DNA of 64,000 nucleotides from an uncultured Candidatus Binatia bacterium (GCA_965218425.1 OZ244621.1:1088001-1152000), one strand, 5' to 3'; counted from the first letter of the stretch, positions 9,184 through 20,727 are shown. The notes: generated from the sequence alone by a model not told the origin. Numbers and translations: made by a program.

Positions 9184-10917
9184 CTAGTCACTGACGTTTT
9201 TCAGGCCGAAAAATCGAACTAACAAGGCGACCATCACAATAATAAAGACTACCAAGACGCCGATTACAGTAGCTCTTTCCAACTCAGCAGACATCATGAA
9301 ATCCAACATGAGTAAGGAAAGGGGCCGCGAAGAGGGCGAAGAAAGCAATAGCACAACCGGTATGTCACGAACAGCCGAAACGAAAACCACCAGAGCCGTC
9401 GCCAAAACCGTCGGCAGCATTAATGGGATAACAATCTTGCGGAAAGTACGCATTCCCGAGGCGCCACTCACAAATGAGCTTTCTTCAAGCTCCTTGTCGA
9501 TTTGCATGACGCTGGCTTTGGAAATCTGTGTCCCTAACGGCAGTTCTTTAATTATGATCGCCAAAACAAGTAAATAAAGCGTGCCATAGATCGGTGTTAT
9601 GGCTTTCCCAACCCCTAATGTGGCCCACAGAAGGGCCAAGCTGATCAGTACGCCCGGCAGCGCCCACGGCAGCCAAACGAGAAATTCCAGGATGTGGCGC
9701 CCTCGGAAACGTGACCGAACGATGTTGTAGCCGACAAGCGCATAAAACAGTGCTCCTACCGCACCAGCTCCGACCCCCAAAATTAATGTATTGCGCAATG
9801 AGCGCAATAAAATGGGATCATCAAAGGCGTCCGACCAGTTACTCAGAGTCCACGGTTCGGGGATAGAGAAGTAGCCGAAGACCTTCATAAACGTGCCCAT
9901 AAGCTGCACGACCATCGGCAGGCCGATCATGACAAGTACAAAAGCGGTCGAAAACCCAAAGGTCACCCAACGCCACTTTCCCAACGGTGTAACTCGCGCC
10001 GAGTAGCCGCGCCCCCCCACCGTAGTGTATTCACGCGTCCCGAGGAGGTATCGTTGCAGACGTATCATGGCAAAGACGGCCAGGAGGAACACGCTGCTGA
10101 GCGCCGTGGCAGCATGATAGGCTGGAGGTTCAAAATGAGCATAATCCCAGACGAGAGTGGAGTAGACAAAAATGCCCGCCGGGATACCCAGTATAATTTC
10201 CACTTCTAGCGATTCCAAGCTCTTGATAAAGGCCAGCATCGTGGTCGCCAAAATCGCTGGCATCAGTACCGGCACCGTAATCCGCGCTAGGGTAGCGATA
10301 GTGCTACTACCTGCAACATGGGCTGCTTCCTCCAAAGCTGTATCCAGCGCTTCAAAAGCAGGTGTCAAAAGCAGGAAACGAACAGACGTACTAAACGCGA
10401 GGTGAGCCCATATAATGCCGCTGTACGAGTATATGTTGAACGGTGCGCTCGAGAGCCCAAACCAGTCTATGAGAAGCCGGTTGATGATGCCATAACTTGG
10501 ATCCAACAAAAGAATCCATCCCAATGTCATAGGAAGTAGCGGGAGGAAAAAACCCAGCCATAGCATAAACTGAATAAAGCTTTTGCCTGGCGTATCTGTC
10601 CTTGTGATAACCCAGGCAAAAAAGACCGATAATACAGTCGTGATCCCGACACGGATTACGCCCAAAGTGAGCGTGTTCCAAAGGGCCGGTGGCACGGAAC
10701 GGTCACTAAAGGCCAACCTCCATCCTTCTAAACCCCAAGCGATGGGTTGCCCAGGCTGACTGACCTGGAAACTGCTCAAAAAAAGGAGGCCAATCGGGTA
10801 TGCGGTAAAAAAAGCGATGATGCCCAGGAGGAAGAGAGACCGAACGGTAACGGGATTCAGTCGTACATACGCTTGGAAACTTCTATCTCTGGCGGGCAAG
10901 GCGACCTTGCGGAACAT
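9184..10917 (-). CDS. Fe3+/thiamine-type ABC transporter permease (two TM modules)
   Basis: Hydrophobic, with two EAA loops (LEEAAHVAG, LEESSFVSG). Confidence 0.88.
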   Translation of the reverse strand: MFRKVALPARDRSFQAYVRLNPVTVRSLFLLGIIAFFTAYPIGLLFLSSFQVSQPGQPIAWGLEGWRLAFSDRSVPPALWNTLTLGVIRVGITTVLSVFFAWVITRTDTPGKSFIQFMLWLGFFLPLLPMTLGWILLLDPSYGIINRLLIDWFGLSSAPFNIYSYSGIIWAHLAFSTSVRFLLLTPAFEALDTALEEAAHVAGSSTIATLARITVPVLMPAILATTMLAFIKSLESLEVEIILGIPAGIFVYSTLVWDYAHFEPPAYHAATALSSVFLLAVFAMIRLQRYLLGTREYTTVGGRGYSARVTPLGKWRWVTFGFSTAFVLVMIGLPMVVQLMGTFMKVFGYFSIPEPWTLSNWSDAFDDPILLRSLRNTLILGVGAGAVGALFYALVGYNIVRSRFRGRHILEFLVWLPWALPGVLISLALLWATLGVGKAITPIYGTLYLLVLAIIIKELPLGTQISKASVMQIDKELEESSFVSGASGMRTFRKIVIPLMLPTVLATALVVFVSAVRDIPVVLLLSSPSSRPLSLLMLDFMMSAELERATVIGVLVVFIIVMVALLVRFFGLKNVSD

Positions 10918-11149
10918 TTTCTTAAGACAAAGTTATTAGCAACGAGACTTTAGCCCCACTGGGCTGTCAGCCATTTCTATCAGATGTGGTCTCGACAGTT
11001 CCAGGCCGTCTCCCTTGTAATTCCCGTAAATTTCTCTTGAAGATCCATCCCAGACACTTTACCAATACGCCGGCTGGTTTTTTGGTTTTCAGTGTTTTTG
11101 CCTTATTGACCCTGAAATGCGGCTTTAGAAAATAAGCGCGATTGGTCTG

Positions 11150-12241
11150 CTACAAATTGTAGAAGCTCCTCGGGTTGTCAGACAGAATCTTGTCTGTGAG
11201 ACTAGCTGGAATGTCCTCACGAGACTTCATTGCAGCGACGAGGTCACGTTCCTCCGAAGGATCGTTATGGGCGTAATCGGACCCGATCAGGAGATTATCG
11301 TCACCCACGTACTTAGCGAGATATCCAACATCCTCGTCCGCCTCGCAGGCCACGTAAATTCTGCTCTTTTGGAACAGCTCTGGGCTCGAAAGCTCGGCCC
11401 ATCTATCTCGCGACCCCCGTCTTAAAGCGTGGAGCAAAAACGGCAGCCATCCCGCAGAGGCTTCTATGAAGCCAAATCTCAATGTGGGGAAAAGTTCAGG
11501 TATCCGATTGGCCACAAGGTTCCTGAAAGCCATTAGAGGAAGCAGTCGCCCGTGGCAGAACACCGCGTGCCGGTCAACATTGAATAAGCTCGACATTGTC
11601 GGCGAGCCTGCCCCGGTATGGATACAAATAGACAGGTCGTGGTCCATTGCCGCTTGGTAAACCGGGAAAAAATAAGGGTCATCCAAATTGAGATCCTTCT
11701 CCAACCCGCGGAAAAAGATTCCAACCGCGCTATGTTCCTTGGCCCATCTCATTTCTTTGATGGACTCGCCAATAGACCGCAGCGGTAAGACCGCAACCCA
11801 CCTTAGGCGATCCCCGCCTTTGGAGCAGGCCTCGCTCATAAATCGGTTGTAAGCTCTGCACAAGGCGATTTCCAAACTCAAATCATCCGTCAGGTAAACC
11901 AGAAACAGCGTAGGATAAATCACCTGGATATCGACCTTTAGCCGATCCATGTCCTTTAGACGTAAAGCCGGATCCGTAAGCTCACGCGATTCAATAGAAG
12001 GATCTTTTCTCGATGACTGCTGTTTCGATGCAGAAGGAGTGATCAACCTGTTTCCCGCTTTGCCAGCCGGTTTGGGAACGATGTTCCCATCGATGAGCCA
12101 GAAGGCATTGCTCGATTTATAAACCGTATCATCGGGAACACGCATTAGAATGGGTCGCTGAGGGTGCACTTCCTTTTCTAATAGCGCCCACATGTGCTCC
12201 GATTCTGCGACATGAGTATCAGCATCGACGATCGGTCCCAT
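11150..12241 (-). CDS. Amidohydrolase_2 family protein
   Basis: VDADTH, IHTG, FIEA and GSDYAH motifs. Confidence 0.85.
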   Translation of the reverse strand: MGPIVDADTHVAESEHMWALLEKEVHPQRPILMRVPDDTVYKSSNAFWLIDGNIVPKPAGKAGNRLITPSASKQQSSRKDPSIESRELTDPALRLKDMDRLKVDIQVIYPTLFLVYLTDDLSLEIALCRAYNRFMSEACSKGGDRLRWVAVLPLRSIGESIKEMRWAKEHSAVGIFFRGLEKDLNLDDPYFFPVYQAAMDHDLSICIHTGAGSPTMSSLFNVDRHAVFCHGRLLPLMAFRNLVANRIPELFPTLRFGFIEASAGWLPFLLHALRRGSRDRWAELSSPELFQKSRIYVACEADEDVGYLAKYVGDDNLLIGSDYAHNDPSEERDLVAAMKSREDIPASLTDKILSDNPRSFYNL

Positions 12242-12305
12242 TGAATCTCCTCCTCTACGGCTCTAAACCATCCGAAAGTGGTCCCTGGATATAACGTGAC
12301 ACTTT

Positions 12306-13421
12306 TCAATTCCTTCGGTATATCGATCTAAGATACTTTACTAATTCCCCTCCAGGTCCCCGAGTCTTAAGTGCTTCTGGCTTGTCGACCCAGAAATAAC
12401 TTTGCCCCGGTTGCGGCACGAAACAAGGAGGGATCTTGGAAGGCACATCGAGTCTCCGGCTGCTCGTGTCACCCGCGTGGCTGAAAAGCTGTTGCCCCTC
12501 TTTGCCCAATAGCCAATTTAAATATAACAGTGCCGCGTTGGGGTGCGGCGCTTTGGTCAACATCCCGACGCCACCACCACCTACGGAAAGCCACTGTCCA
12601 TCTTCAACGCAGCGGTGTTCTAAAGGGACGCCTTTCGACTTGAGCTCAATAATTGGACGCGGGTTGGGACCTGGCAATAACGAGTAGCGCCCATTGACGA
12701 GCCAATCGGCCGCCTGCCTTATGTTTCTAGTGAAAATGATCTCCTGCTCTTCAACGAGTTTTTTGATAAAGCCGGGCCCGAAGCCAAATTGCTTGCCCAT
12801 GTACAGATAAGTAAAGAGCCCCTGGCCCGCGCCAGCGACCCTCGGATCATCCGAGACGATCTTTCCTTTGTATTTCGGCCTGAGCAAGTCTTGGTATGAA
12901 GTCAACTCGCCACTTTTGACAACTTGGGGGTTCACCGCAAGTCCCCCATAGAGCCTAGAGGAATGGGCAAAGAACCGGCGGTTATTGGAATTCTGCCACA
13001 AGAAGCCGTTCAGCCATTTTTTGGGGTCTTTCACCTCCGGATGAATCAAAGCGGGTTCCAATGGTTCAAAGAGTTTACGAATATCGAGACCCGTTATGCT
13101 CCCGAATCCAGAGATCCACAGATCAACCTTATACAATCCCGCCCTTCGTTGCGTCAAAATTTTGTTCCTGTGGCTCGAACCACGCCCCCCCTCGTATTCC
13201 ACCCTTATTCCGTACCGGGACTGGAAGGGTTTTGTCATCGCTCTCCTGACGCTCGCCGTTCCTGGTCCAGATACATTAACGCTCCCTTCCTTCTTAGCTT
13301 TGGCCACGATAGAATCCCAAGAGCCGAATGAGGCGGCATGGCTCGGGAACCACACGCCGGGACCCAGCACGAGAATCATGACAGAAGCAGACACGAGTAT
13401 TAGACGACCAATAGTTTTCAT
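12306..13421 (-). CDS. ABC substrate-binding protein (Fe3+/AfuA-like)
   Basis: Signal peptide; AKKEG, YQDLL.PKYKGKI and APHPNAALLYLNWLL motifs; GGAGG RBS. Confidence 0.85.
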   Translation of the reverse strand: MKTIGRLILVSASVMILVLGPGVWFPSHAASFGSWDSIVAKAKKEGSVNVSGPGTASVRRAMTKPFQSRYGIRVEYEGGRGSSHRNKILTQRRAGLYKVDLWISGFGSITGLDIRKLFEPLEPALIHPEVKDPKKWLNGFLWQNSNNRRFFAHSSRLYGGLAVNPQVVKSGELTSYQDLLRPKYKGKIVSDDPRVAGAGQGLFTYLYMGKQFGFGPGFIKKLVEEQEIIFTRNIRQAADWLVNGRYSLLPGPNPRPIIELKSKGVPLEHRCVEDGQWLSVGGGGVGMLTKAPHPNAALLYLNWLLGKEGQQLFSHAGDTSSRRLDVPSKIPPCFVPQPGQSYFWVDKPEALKTRGPGGELVKYLRSIYRRN

Positions 13422-13594
13422 GGTACTCCTCCCGCTTAAGGTTTTCTGTACCCTCCTAGCAAGCTCGGTAACGGGTCTTGCTAATCCACAGAATCCGTCG
13501 TGTCCAATGGCAATCAAGGTATGACCCACCTCCGGCTGCGACCATCGAGCCACAACCAACGTCAGTTACCACCGCCTGCTGTTATTTCCAAAAT

Positions 13595-15160
13595 CTATTT
13601 CTTATCCAGCCATGTGTAATTCAGCCCACCGCCATAGTGACGGAAGTGACCTTCACTATCTGTAGTAAATCCCTTCACGTGTTCCCTGAACATGAACAAG
13701 CGAGGAGTAAACCCTATAGGTATATCCGGTACGTCTTCAATCACTCTTATTACAATTTTTCGAAAGAGTTCCTTCCGCTTCTCGGGATCCAACTCGAGCT
13801 CAGCCTGTCTGATCAAACCGTCCATCTCCTTGTTGCAGTAGCCTGATGTATTGGTAGTTCGCTTTTTCAGATCAGGTTCACATACAAACTCGGGTCCATA
13901 GGTAGGTGACGGATCGGGATCATATGAACCCCCGGAGAACCTCATGGAGTAATCGCCTGAGCGTTGGCTCGCCACATAGGCGCCGTAGTCGACCACCTGG
14001 AGGTCAATCTTCATACCAATCTGTTTAAGCTGGTGCTGAAGCGTAGCCCCTTCCGTTTCCATGTCTTCACCCTGGCGACCCGTGAGTTTGATCGGTTCCC
14101 CCTTATAGCCAGATTCTCTCAGAAGGGCTTTGGCCTTTTCGATATCCCGCTTCGGTGAAGGTATTCCATCGATATACCAGGCATGCCCCTTGGGGTATAG
14201 CTGGTCTGTAACTTCCCCAAACCCAAAGTATGCCGCGTGTAGGATTTCCTCTTTATTGATAGCATGGGCTATGGCCTCGCGCAGCTTTTTGTCGTTGAAA
14301 GGCGGCGCCGCCACATTGAATTCGAGATGGCGGTAACCCGCATGGGTGGCCTGGACATATTGAACTCCTTTGATCTTGCCCTGAACCACCAGCTTCACCC
14401 ACTCGTAGGGAGCCCGCTCGATAATATCCACGTCTCCCGCGCGTAGAGCCGTGAAGCGCACGGTGGAATTAGCGATGGGCCTGATCACGAGCCTGTCGAT
14501 GTAGGCCTTATGCCCCCAGTAACCATCATAGCGCTCCAGTACAAGCTTCTGACGGGGCCGCCACTCGACGAACTTGAACGGCCCGGTACCGGGAGGAAAC
14601 GATACGGGCTTGGCAATACCTTCTTCAACTGATTCTTTGGGAATGACGGAAAAGGTGCGGATGTCTGCAAGCAAAGAGAGAAACCCCGGGCTGGCTTTTT
14701 TCAGATAAATCTTCAGCGTATGTTTATCTACGCTTTCTGCCCGTTCAACCAAGGCGAGCCGGCTATAACCGTAGGCCCCATTCTTAGGATTCTTCGTGTA
14801 GTCGATGGCAAACTTAGCGTCATCCGCCGTCATTTTCTGGCCGTCGTGAAATTTGACTCCTTTTTGCAGGCGGATGGTATATATTCTGCCGTCCTTCGAG
14901 ATTTTCCACGACTCAGCGAGATTCGGACGGACGTTCCCCTTCAAGTCCATCGCCAGAAGCGCCTCATACATGAGGTCGCGAAGAGACTTATCGGTGGATG
15001 ATGTTCTGACCAGAGGATTCATCATGGTCAGATCCTTTCGAGTTGTAAAGGTAAGCGTACCTCCACGCTTGGGTTGATCTTGAGCGTCACCCACCTGAGG
15101 TGCAGCGAATAAGAGTAAGAAGGTAAAAGCAGATCCTGCAACAAATTTCCATTGTTTCAT
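13595..15160 (-). CDS. Peptide/nickel ABC substrate-binding protein (family 5)
   Basis: PNLAESW, GVKFHDG and GTGPFK motifs; signal peptide. Confidence 0.9.
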   Translation of the reverse strand: MKQWKFVAGSAFTFLLLFAAPQVGDAQDQPKRGGTLTFTTRKDLTMMNPLVRTSSTDKSLRDLMYEALLAMDLKGNVRPNLAESWKISKDGRIYTIRLQKGVKFHDGQKMTADDAKFAIDYTKNPKNGAYGYSRLALVERAESVDKHTLKIYLKKASPGFLSLLADIRTFSVIPKESVEEGIAKPVSFPPGTGPFKFVEWRPRQKLVLERYDGYWGHKAYIDRLVIRPIANSTVRFTALRAGDVDIIERAPYEWVKLVVQGKIKGVQYVQATHAGYRHLEFNVAAPPFNDKKLREAIAHAINKEEILHAAYFGFGEVTDQLYPKGHAWYIDGIPSPKRDIEKAKALLRESGYKGEPIKLTGRQGEDMETEGATLQHQLKQIGMKIDLQVVDYGAYVASQRSGDYSMRFSGGSYDPDPSPTYGPEFVCEPDLKKRTTNTSGYCNKEMDGLIRQAELELDPEKRKELFRKIVIRVIEDVPDIPIGFTPRLFMFREHVKGFTTDSEGHFRHYGGGLNYTWLDKK

Positions 15161-15299
15161 GGCAAAGCCCTCCCTTTGGAGCCCCTCCTATCACTAGGAT
15201 TTAGCCATGTCAACCTGAATCTAAGGGGCACGGATGGGTCTCTGCGTTGCCCATCTTCAAGCAGGTTGACATCCTGGCTCATTGTCCGATACTTGCCCT

Positions 15300-16691
15300 A
15301 TGGAGTCACAGCACGCATCGATTAAACAGGCTTACCTTTTGCCCGTGGGGAGCGATACCACCGTGCGTGGCTGGGTGCGCTCACGCCGGGATTCCAAGGG
15401 GATCACCTTTATCGAATTAAATGACGGTTCGCGATTTAATAGCCTACAACTCGTAGTGGAAAACGGAGTGGTGCCGGAGCAATCTCTCGCTCAGGTTACG
15501 ACGGGAAGCGCCATTGCCGCATCCGGAGCCCTGGTAGCATCCCCCGCCAAGGGTCAGGCCGTGGAACTTAAGGTTGCACAGCTTTTCGTATACGGAACGG
15601 CAGACCCCGCCACATATCCGCTGCAAAAGAAAGGTCATTCCTTTGAGTTCCTGCGTGAGATCGCCCACCTGCGTGTCCGCAGCAATACCTTCGGCGCGGC
15701 CTTTCGCGTGCGCAATGCCCTCACCCACGCGATTCACAGTTTCTTTCAGGAGCGAGATTTTATCTATGTTCAAACGCCGATTATAACCACCTCGGATTGC
15801 GAGGGGGCAGGGGAGATGTTCAACGTAACCACTCTGAACCTGCAGGATCTCCCTCGCACCCATGACGGCAACATAGACTGGCACCAGGACTTCTTTGGTC
15901 GCCCCGCATACCTGACGGTCAGCGGCCAATTGGAGGCTGAGATATTCGCCATGAATTTCGCCAAAGTTTATACCTTCGGCCCCACCTTCCGCGCCGAGAA
16001 CAGTAACACGCCTCGCCATCTGGCCGAGTTCTGGATGATTGAGCCAGAAATGGCGTTCCATGACCTCCAAGACAACATGCGTCTGGCGGAGGAATTTTTA
16101 AAATTTATAATTCGCCACATACTCGACAACTGCCGGGAAGACCTCGAGTTTTTCAATCAGCGGGTGGAAAAGACCGTGCTCGGTACATTGGAGCACGTGG
16201 CAGAGTCCGCGTTTGCGCATCTCTCATACACCGACGCGCTCAAGGCCCTTACAGAGGCTAAGAAGAAATGGGAATACGAGCCCCAGTGGGGCCGCGACTT
16301 GCAGACGGAGCATGAGCGGTTTCTCACCGAAGAAATCTTCAAGAAACCGGTAATCGTCACGGACTACCCAAAGGACATCAAACCCTTCTACATGCGCGTC
16401 AACGATGACAACCGAACCGTGCGGGCCATGGATGTATTGGTTCCCAGGGTGGGGGAAATAATCGGAGGGAGCCAGCGGGAGGAACGCTACGATGTGGTTC
16501 TCGAGAGGCTAAAGGAAACAGGGTTGGAGGAGGGTCCCTACTGGTGGTACCTGGACCTTCGCCGCTTTGGAACGGCCCCTCACTCGGGCTTCGGACTCGG
16601 CTTGGAGCGGATGATGATGTACCTGACCGGCCTCAAGAACATCCGCGATGTGATCCCCTTCCCGCGCACGCCGGGCAACGCGGAGTTTTGA
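15300..16691 (+). CDS. asnS: Asparagine--tRNA ligase
   Basis: [29 protein letters not shown] and GLGLER motifs. Confidence 0.96.
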   Translation: MESQHASIKQAYLLPVGSDTTVRGWVRSRRDSKGITFIELNDGSRFNSLQLVVENGVVPEQSLAQVTTGSAIAASGALVASPAKGQAVELKVAQLFVYGTADPATYPLQKKGHSFEFLREIAHLRVRSNTFGAAFRVRNALTHAIHSFFQERDFIYVQTPIITTSDCEGAGEMFNVTTLNLQDLPRTHDGNIDWHQDFFGRPAYLTVSGQLEAEIFAMNFAKVYTFGPTFRAENSNTPRHLAEFWMIEPEMAFHDLQDNMRLAEEFLKFIIRHILDNCREDLEFFNQRVEKTVLGTLEHVAESAFAHLSYTDALKALTEAKKKWEYEPQWGRDLQTEHERFLTEEIFKKPVIVTDYPKDIKPFYMRVNDDNRTVRAMDVLVPRVGEIIGGSQREERYDVVLERLKETGLEEGPYWWYLDLRRFGTAPHSGFGLGLERMMMYLTGLKNIRDVIPFPRTPGNAEF

Positions 16692-16719
16692 TCTCCGCCA
16701 GAGCGTCACATTTTCTGTT

Positions 16720-17961
16720 TCAACTACGTTGGGAACCCGCCGGGACGGGCCTGCTCTCATCACCAATCTCGAACCGGCGAATCACCGGAGCGGCAAAGGA
16801 AAGGCCGGTCACCAGCACGAGCGTTGCAACTCCCCCGATAAACGCGGCAATCTCGGCTCCTGCGAAGGAAGCAACCAGACCTGACTCGAATTGGCCCAGT
16901 TGAGGCCCGCCATTGGTGAAGACACTGTTGACCGAGGACATTCTACCGCGAAGTTCATCGGGAGTGCATAGCTGGTTAATGGTGTGACGTAGTACGGCAC
17001 CGATGGTATTTCCTATACCTGTTCCTGCCAGCATCAGCACCGAAAACCAGAATATCTTTGAGAAGGCAAAGAGCAGCAGGCATGCACCATAGATGGCCAC
17101 GCCCATGAGGACCCACCGGCCCGCGCGCCGCACACGACCGCTAAGACTTAGACAGCCAGCCGCGCCCAGGGAACCCACGGCTATCGCCGAGTGAAGGATG
17201 CCCAAGCCTTCCGGGCCCACCTGGAGGATGTCACGCGCGTAGATGGGAAGTAGAGCGCGGGTCGATCCCAAAAACGTCATGCCGAAGTCAAGGGACATCA
17301 GCAGCAAAATCACGCGCTGGGATCGCACAAAACCTACGCCTTCCTTGAGTGAGTTCAAGGATATGGCTCGACGAACGGCGGCGCTGAGGGGGGTCCGGAT
17401 GCAGACAAGGGAGAATGCCATGGCAAGCCAGGATACGGCGTCTACTCCATAGCAAAGGGCCGGCCCCACAAAACCTAGAGCTATACCGGCCAGAGAGGGT
17501 CCTGCAATCATTCCGACATGGCGCTGGGCGTTGGTCAAAGCCAGGGCGTTGGCCAACTCTTGGCGTGGCACGAGATTGGGAGGGAGTGTTTGTCGGGCCG
17601 GCGATTCCAGCGATGAAAAGACCGCAAGGAACACGTTTGCGCCGTATAACGCAAGCGGTGATGCTCTACCGCAGAGCGTGATAGCCACGAGTATGGCCGA
17701 AACCAAAAACTGTCCCAACTGGGTGAGAATCAGCAAGCGCTTGCGGTCAACGGCGTCAGCAAGAAGACCGCCGAAGAGAAGAAGCGCCATTTGGGGAATC
17801 GCACGGGAGAGCCCGAGCATACCGATGTGAAGCGGGGAGTCGGTAAGTTCGTAGACCTGCCATGCCATGGCCACCGTAGAGAACTGCGTTCCCATCCCCG
17901 AAAGGATCTGTCCGGTCCAAAAAATACGGAAGTCTCTATGCCGGAGCGCTTCAAATGCCAT
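16720..17961 (-). CDS. MFS transporter (EntS/MFS_3-like)
   Basis: ALRHRDFR, GGLLADAVDRKR, PDELRGR. Confidence 0.88.
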   Translation of the reverse strand: MAFEALRHRDFRIFWTGQILSGMGTQFSTVAMAWQVYELTDSPLHIGMLGLSRAIPQMALLLFGGLLADAVDRKRLLILTQLGQFLVSAILVAITLCGRASPLALYGANVFLAVFSSLESPARQTLPPNLVPRQELANALALTNAQRHVGMIAGPSLAGIALGFVGPALCYGVDAVSWLAMAFSLVCIRTPLSAAVRRAISLNSLKEGVGFVRSQRVILLLMSLDFGMTFLGSTRALLPIYARDILQVGPEGLGILHSAIAVGSLGAAGCLSLSGRVRRAGRWVLMGVAIYGACLLLFAFSKIFWFSVLMLAGTGIGNTIGAVLRHTINQLCTPDELRGRMSSVNSVFTNGGPQLGQFESGLVASFAGAEIAAFIGGVATLVLVTGLSFAAPVIRRFEIGDESRPVPAGSQRS

Positions 17962-18432
17962 AATGTATGGGCCAACGCGCGAGTCTCAGTTCATGGAACC
18001 GCTTTGAACCGATTGAATGATCGGGGCTTGCTACTTTGTGGGTTTCAGGTCAGATAACCACGCGGGGTTTTAAACCCAGGTCACCCATACACCTCATGCT
18101 CTTGGATTGTCAATTTCAGTACGGAACGCTCGGCATGGAGTAAATTTGCCTGGGGTCATGAATCAAAAGGATGCCTGATCCGGAGACATTAAATTTGACT
18201 ATCGCTTGGGTAAGGCGTATCCTGATAGGTATAAAGCTCAAATACAATTCGTCCATAATCATTGCACCGGTTTCGTTATGCTAATGAGAACATTGCAACG
18301 CGTTCAGGTCTATCCGCTTTATTTCCGATAATTTCAATCTAGACTTGTCCTTTTTAACGGAAGGTTTGCAGGTGCACGACACCCTCGATTGCCTGTAACT
18401 GATGTAAGAATCCCTATCTAGAGACGCCAAAT

Positions 18433-20328
18433 ATGCTTGAAACATGGAAACATATAGAGAAGAAAAAAACCTCCCTTGCGTGCCTCATGGCGGCGGGATT
18501 GATTATGGGAGGCTGCGCCTTAAATGGGCAGAGGGCAACCCAGAGACAGACAGGCGACTACCCTACGGATAACTCCAAGCATGCTGAGACCGCCACATGG
18601 GTTGCCGCTCCGAATGAATCCTTTCTAGACGGCTCTGAGATCATGTGGATGCCGCAGTCTCCAGAGTCCCCTGATCGAACAGACATACAGGAGTCGGACA
18701 CATCCGATCAACCCGAGCCCACACTCGTGTCGGAAATAGAAGATGAACGGTCGCCCATATGGCCGCGGGATGCCGATACGTCCAACGGCGAATCCCTATC
18801 CATTGCCCATTCGACAGTGGAAAACGAACCCGCACTAGAATACGAGTTTGCGGATACGACGGAGGCATTGACTGCTCCCGAGTCACAATTCGTCAGGGCC
18901 CACCGGGGCGAGGAAGACTCGGATCTTTGGGAACGCATCCGCATGGGCTTTGCCCTGCCAAAGCGGCAACATAGACGAATCGATGGTGAGGCCAGATGGT
19001 TTAGCCGCAATCAAGACTATCTCGATCGCGTCGCGGATCAGGCGCGACCCTATCTGCACTACATTGTCAGCCAAGTGGAAAAGCGGGGCCTGCCCACGGA
19101 GATCGTGTTATTGCCAGTGGTGGAAAGCGCCTTTCAGCCTTACGCCTATTCCCCCAGCCACGCCGCGGGCATTTGGCAGTTTATTCCGGCTACGGGACGA
19201 CGCTTCGGCTTGAAACTTAACTGGTGGTACGACGGCAGGCGCGATATCGTGGCCTCCACGAAGGCTGCGCTTGATTATCTGGAGCATTTGCACGAATTCT
19301 TCGATGGCGATTGGCTGCTGGCCTTGGCCGGCTACAACGCGGGAGAAGGCGCCGTACTCAAGGCAACGCGCTACAACCGACGGCGCCGAAGGTCCACCGA
19401 CTTTTTTTCATTGCGTCTATCCCGTGAAACGAAACAATACGTGCCCCGTCTGCTTGCGCTGAGGGACATAGTCGCCGCCCCGGAAAAAATGGGCATCACC
19501 CTGAAACCCATCTTGGACGAACCCTATCTCACCAGCGTCGATATTGATTCACAATTGGACCTAGCCACGGCCGCAAAACTGGCTGATATGGACCTGGAGG
19601 AATTGCATCAACTCAATCCCGGTTTCAACCGCTGGGCCACCGCCCCGGACGGTCCCCATCACCTACTGTTACCCCTGGATAAGGCGGAACGATTTGCCGC
19701 ACGGGCGGCACAATTGCTTCCGGAACTCCGGATCCAATGGGTACGTCATCGGATACGGCGCGGCGAAACACTTGGAGGGCTTGCGCTACGTTATCAAACC
19801 ACTCCAAGGGTATTGCGCCAACTCAACAACCTTAATGGCAATCTTATCCGCACGGGTCATTATCTCGTTATTCCCGTCCCCGCGCGTACCGAGGGAAGCC
19901 AGCGGTATCCTCTCCAAGACATCGCCGCTAATGGCGACCATTCCATCCATACTATAAGGTCGGGAGAAAACCTGTGGCTCCTGGCTCGCCGCTATGGCAC
20001 CACCGTGCGGCAACTATGTCACTGGAATAATATTTCCCCTCGTACCCTCATCCAGCCAGGCCAGCCCATCATCGTGGCCCGAGGCCCCTCAACCAAACAC
20101 CTTCCAGCCACCTTGCTTACGCTCTCGGCGCCCGAAACGGTGGCAAAACCCCGTAAAATTACCTATAGGGTACGTAGAGGCGATTCCTTATACCGCATCT
20201 CACGACGGTTCAGGGTCACCATCGGACAGTTAATGCGATGGAACAATATAAAGGGGGACCGGTATCTCCAACCCGGCCAAAAACTCACCCTATACGTGAC
20301 CCTCACCGCTGACTCGGACAGAGGCTAA
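18433..20328 (+). CDS. mltD: Lytic murein transglycosylase D with three LysM domains
   Basis: Lipobox-like GGC; VESA, GIWQF, YNAGEG, ETKQYVP; three LysM repeats. Confidence 0.88.
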   Translation: MLETWKHIEKKKTSLACLMAAGLIMGGCALNGQRATQRQTGDYPTDNSKHAETATWVAAPNESFLDGSEIMWMPQSPESPDRTDIQESDTSDQPEPTLVSEIEDERSPIWPRDADTSNGESLSIAHSTVENEPALEYEFADTTEALTAPESQFVRAHRGEEDSDLWERIRMGFALPKRQHRRIDGEARWFSRNQDYLDRVADQARPYLHYIVSQVEKRGLPTEIVLLPVVESAFQPYAYSPSHAAGIWQFIPATGRRFGLKLNWWYDGRRDIVASTKAALDYLEHLHEFFDGDWLLALAGYNAGEGAVLKATRYNRRRRRSTDFFSLRLSRETKQYVPRLLALRDIVAAPEKMGITLKPILDEPYLTSVDIDSQLDLATAAKLADMDLEELHQLNPGFNRWATAPDGPHHLLLPLDKAERFAARAAQLLPELRIQWVRHRIRRGETLGGLALRYQTTPRVLRQLNNLNGNLIRTGHYLVIPVPARTEGSQRYPLQDIAANGDHSIHTIRSGENLWLLARRYGTTVRQLCHWNNISPRTLIQPGQPIIVARGPSTKHLPATLLTLSAPETVAKPRKITYRVRRGDSLYRISRRFRVTIGQLMRWNNIKGDRYLQPGQKLTLYVTLTADSDRG

Positions 20329-20462
20329 CCTCGCTGATCTACGGGTCAACTTAACAACTCATACCGGCTGTTATCGTTCAAGTTAAGAGACCGTCCAACA
20401 GATTCAAGGCTTGCTCCTGGACACGAGATTGCAAAGTGACGGATGAAATGGATTCACACAGG

Positions 20463-20491
20463 TTGACATGTGCATCACCTGTAGTCATATT
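20463..20491 (+). promoter_or_regulatory. sigma70 promoter of the first VapBC locus (probably leaderless)
   Basis: TTGACA-17 bp-CATATT, ending 6 nt before ATG 20498; no SD. Confidence 0.6.
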
Positions 20492-20497
20492 GGTTGC

Positions 20498-20727
20498 ATG
20501 GCTAAGATGATTCATCTCAGGCATGTCCCGGACGAGCTTCATCGGAAGTTGAAAGCGCGTGCCGCAATGGAAGGGCTCTCGCTGTCCGACTACCTACTCC
20601 AAGAGGTCGAGCGGCTTGCAGAGCGTCCGACACTCAACGATTTGCGTCGGCGTCTGGCACATAGAGAGTCTGTTAGCCGCGTATTCCTCCTGCCAAAGCC
20701 GTGCGGGCCGAGCGCGAGCGTCAGTGA
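20498..20727 (+). pseudogene. FitA/VapB-like RHH antitoxin, frameshifted near C-terminus
   Basis: IHLRHVPDELHRKLKARAAMEGLSLSDYL. The natural tail RIPPAKAVRAERERQ* is in another frame after ~20678. Confidence 0.75.
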
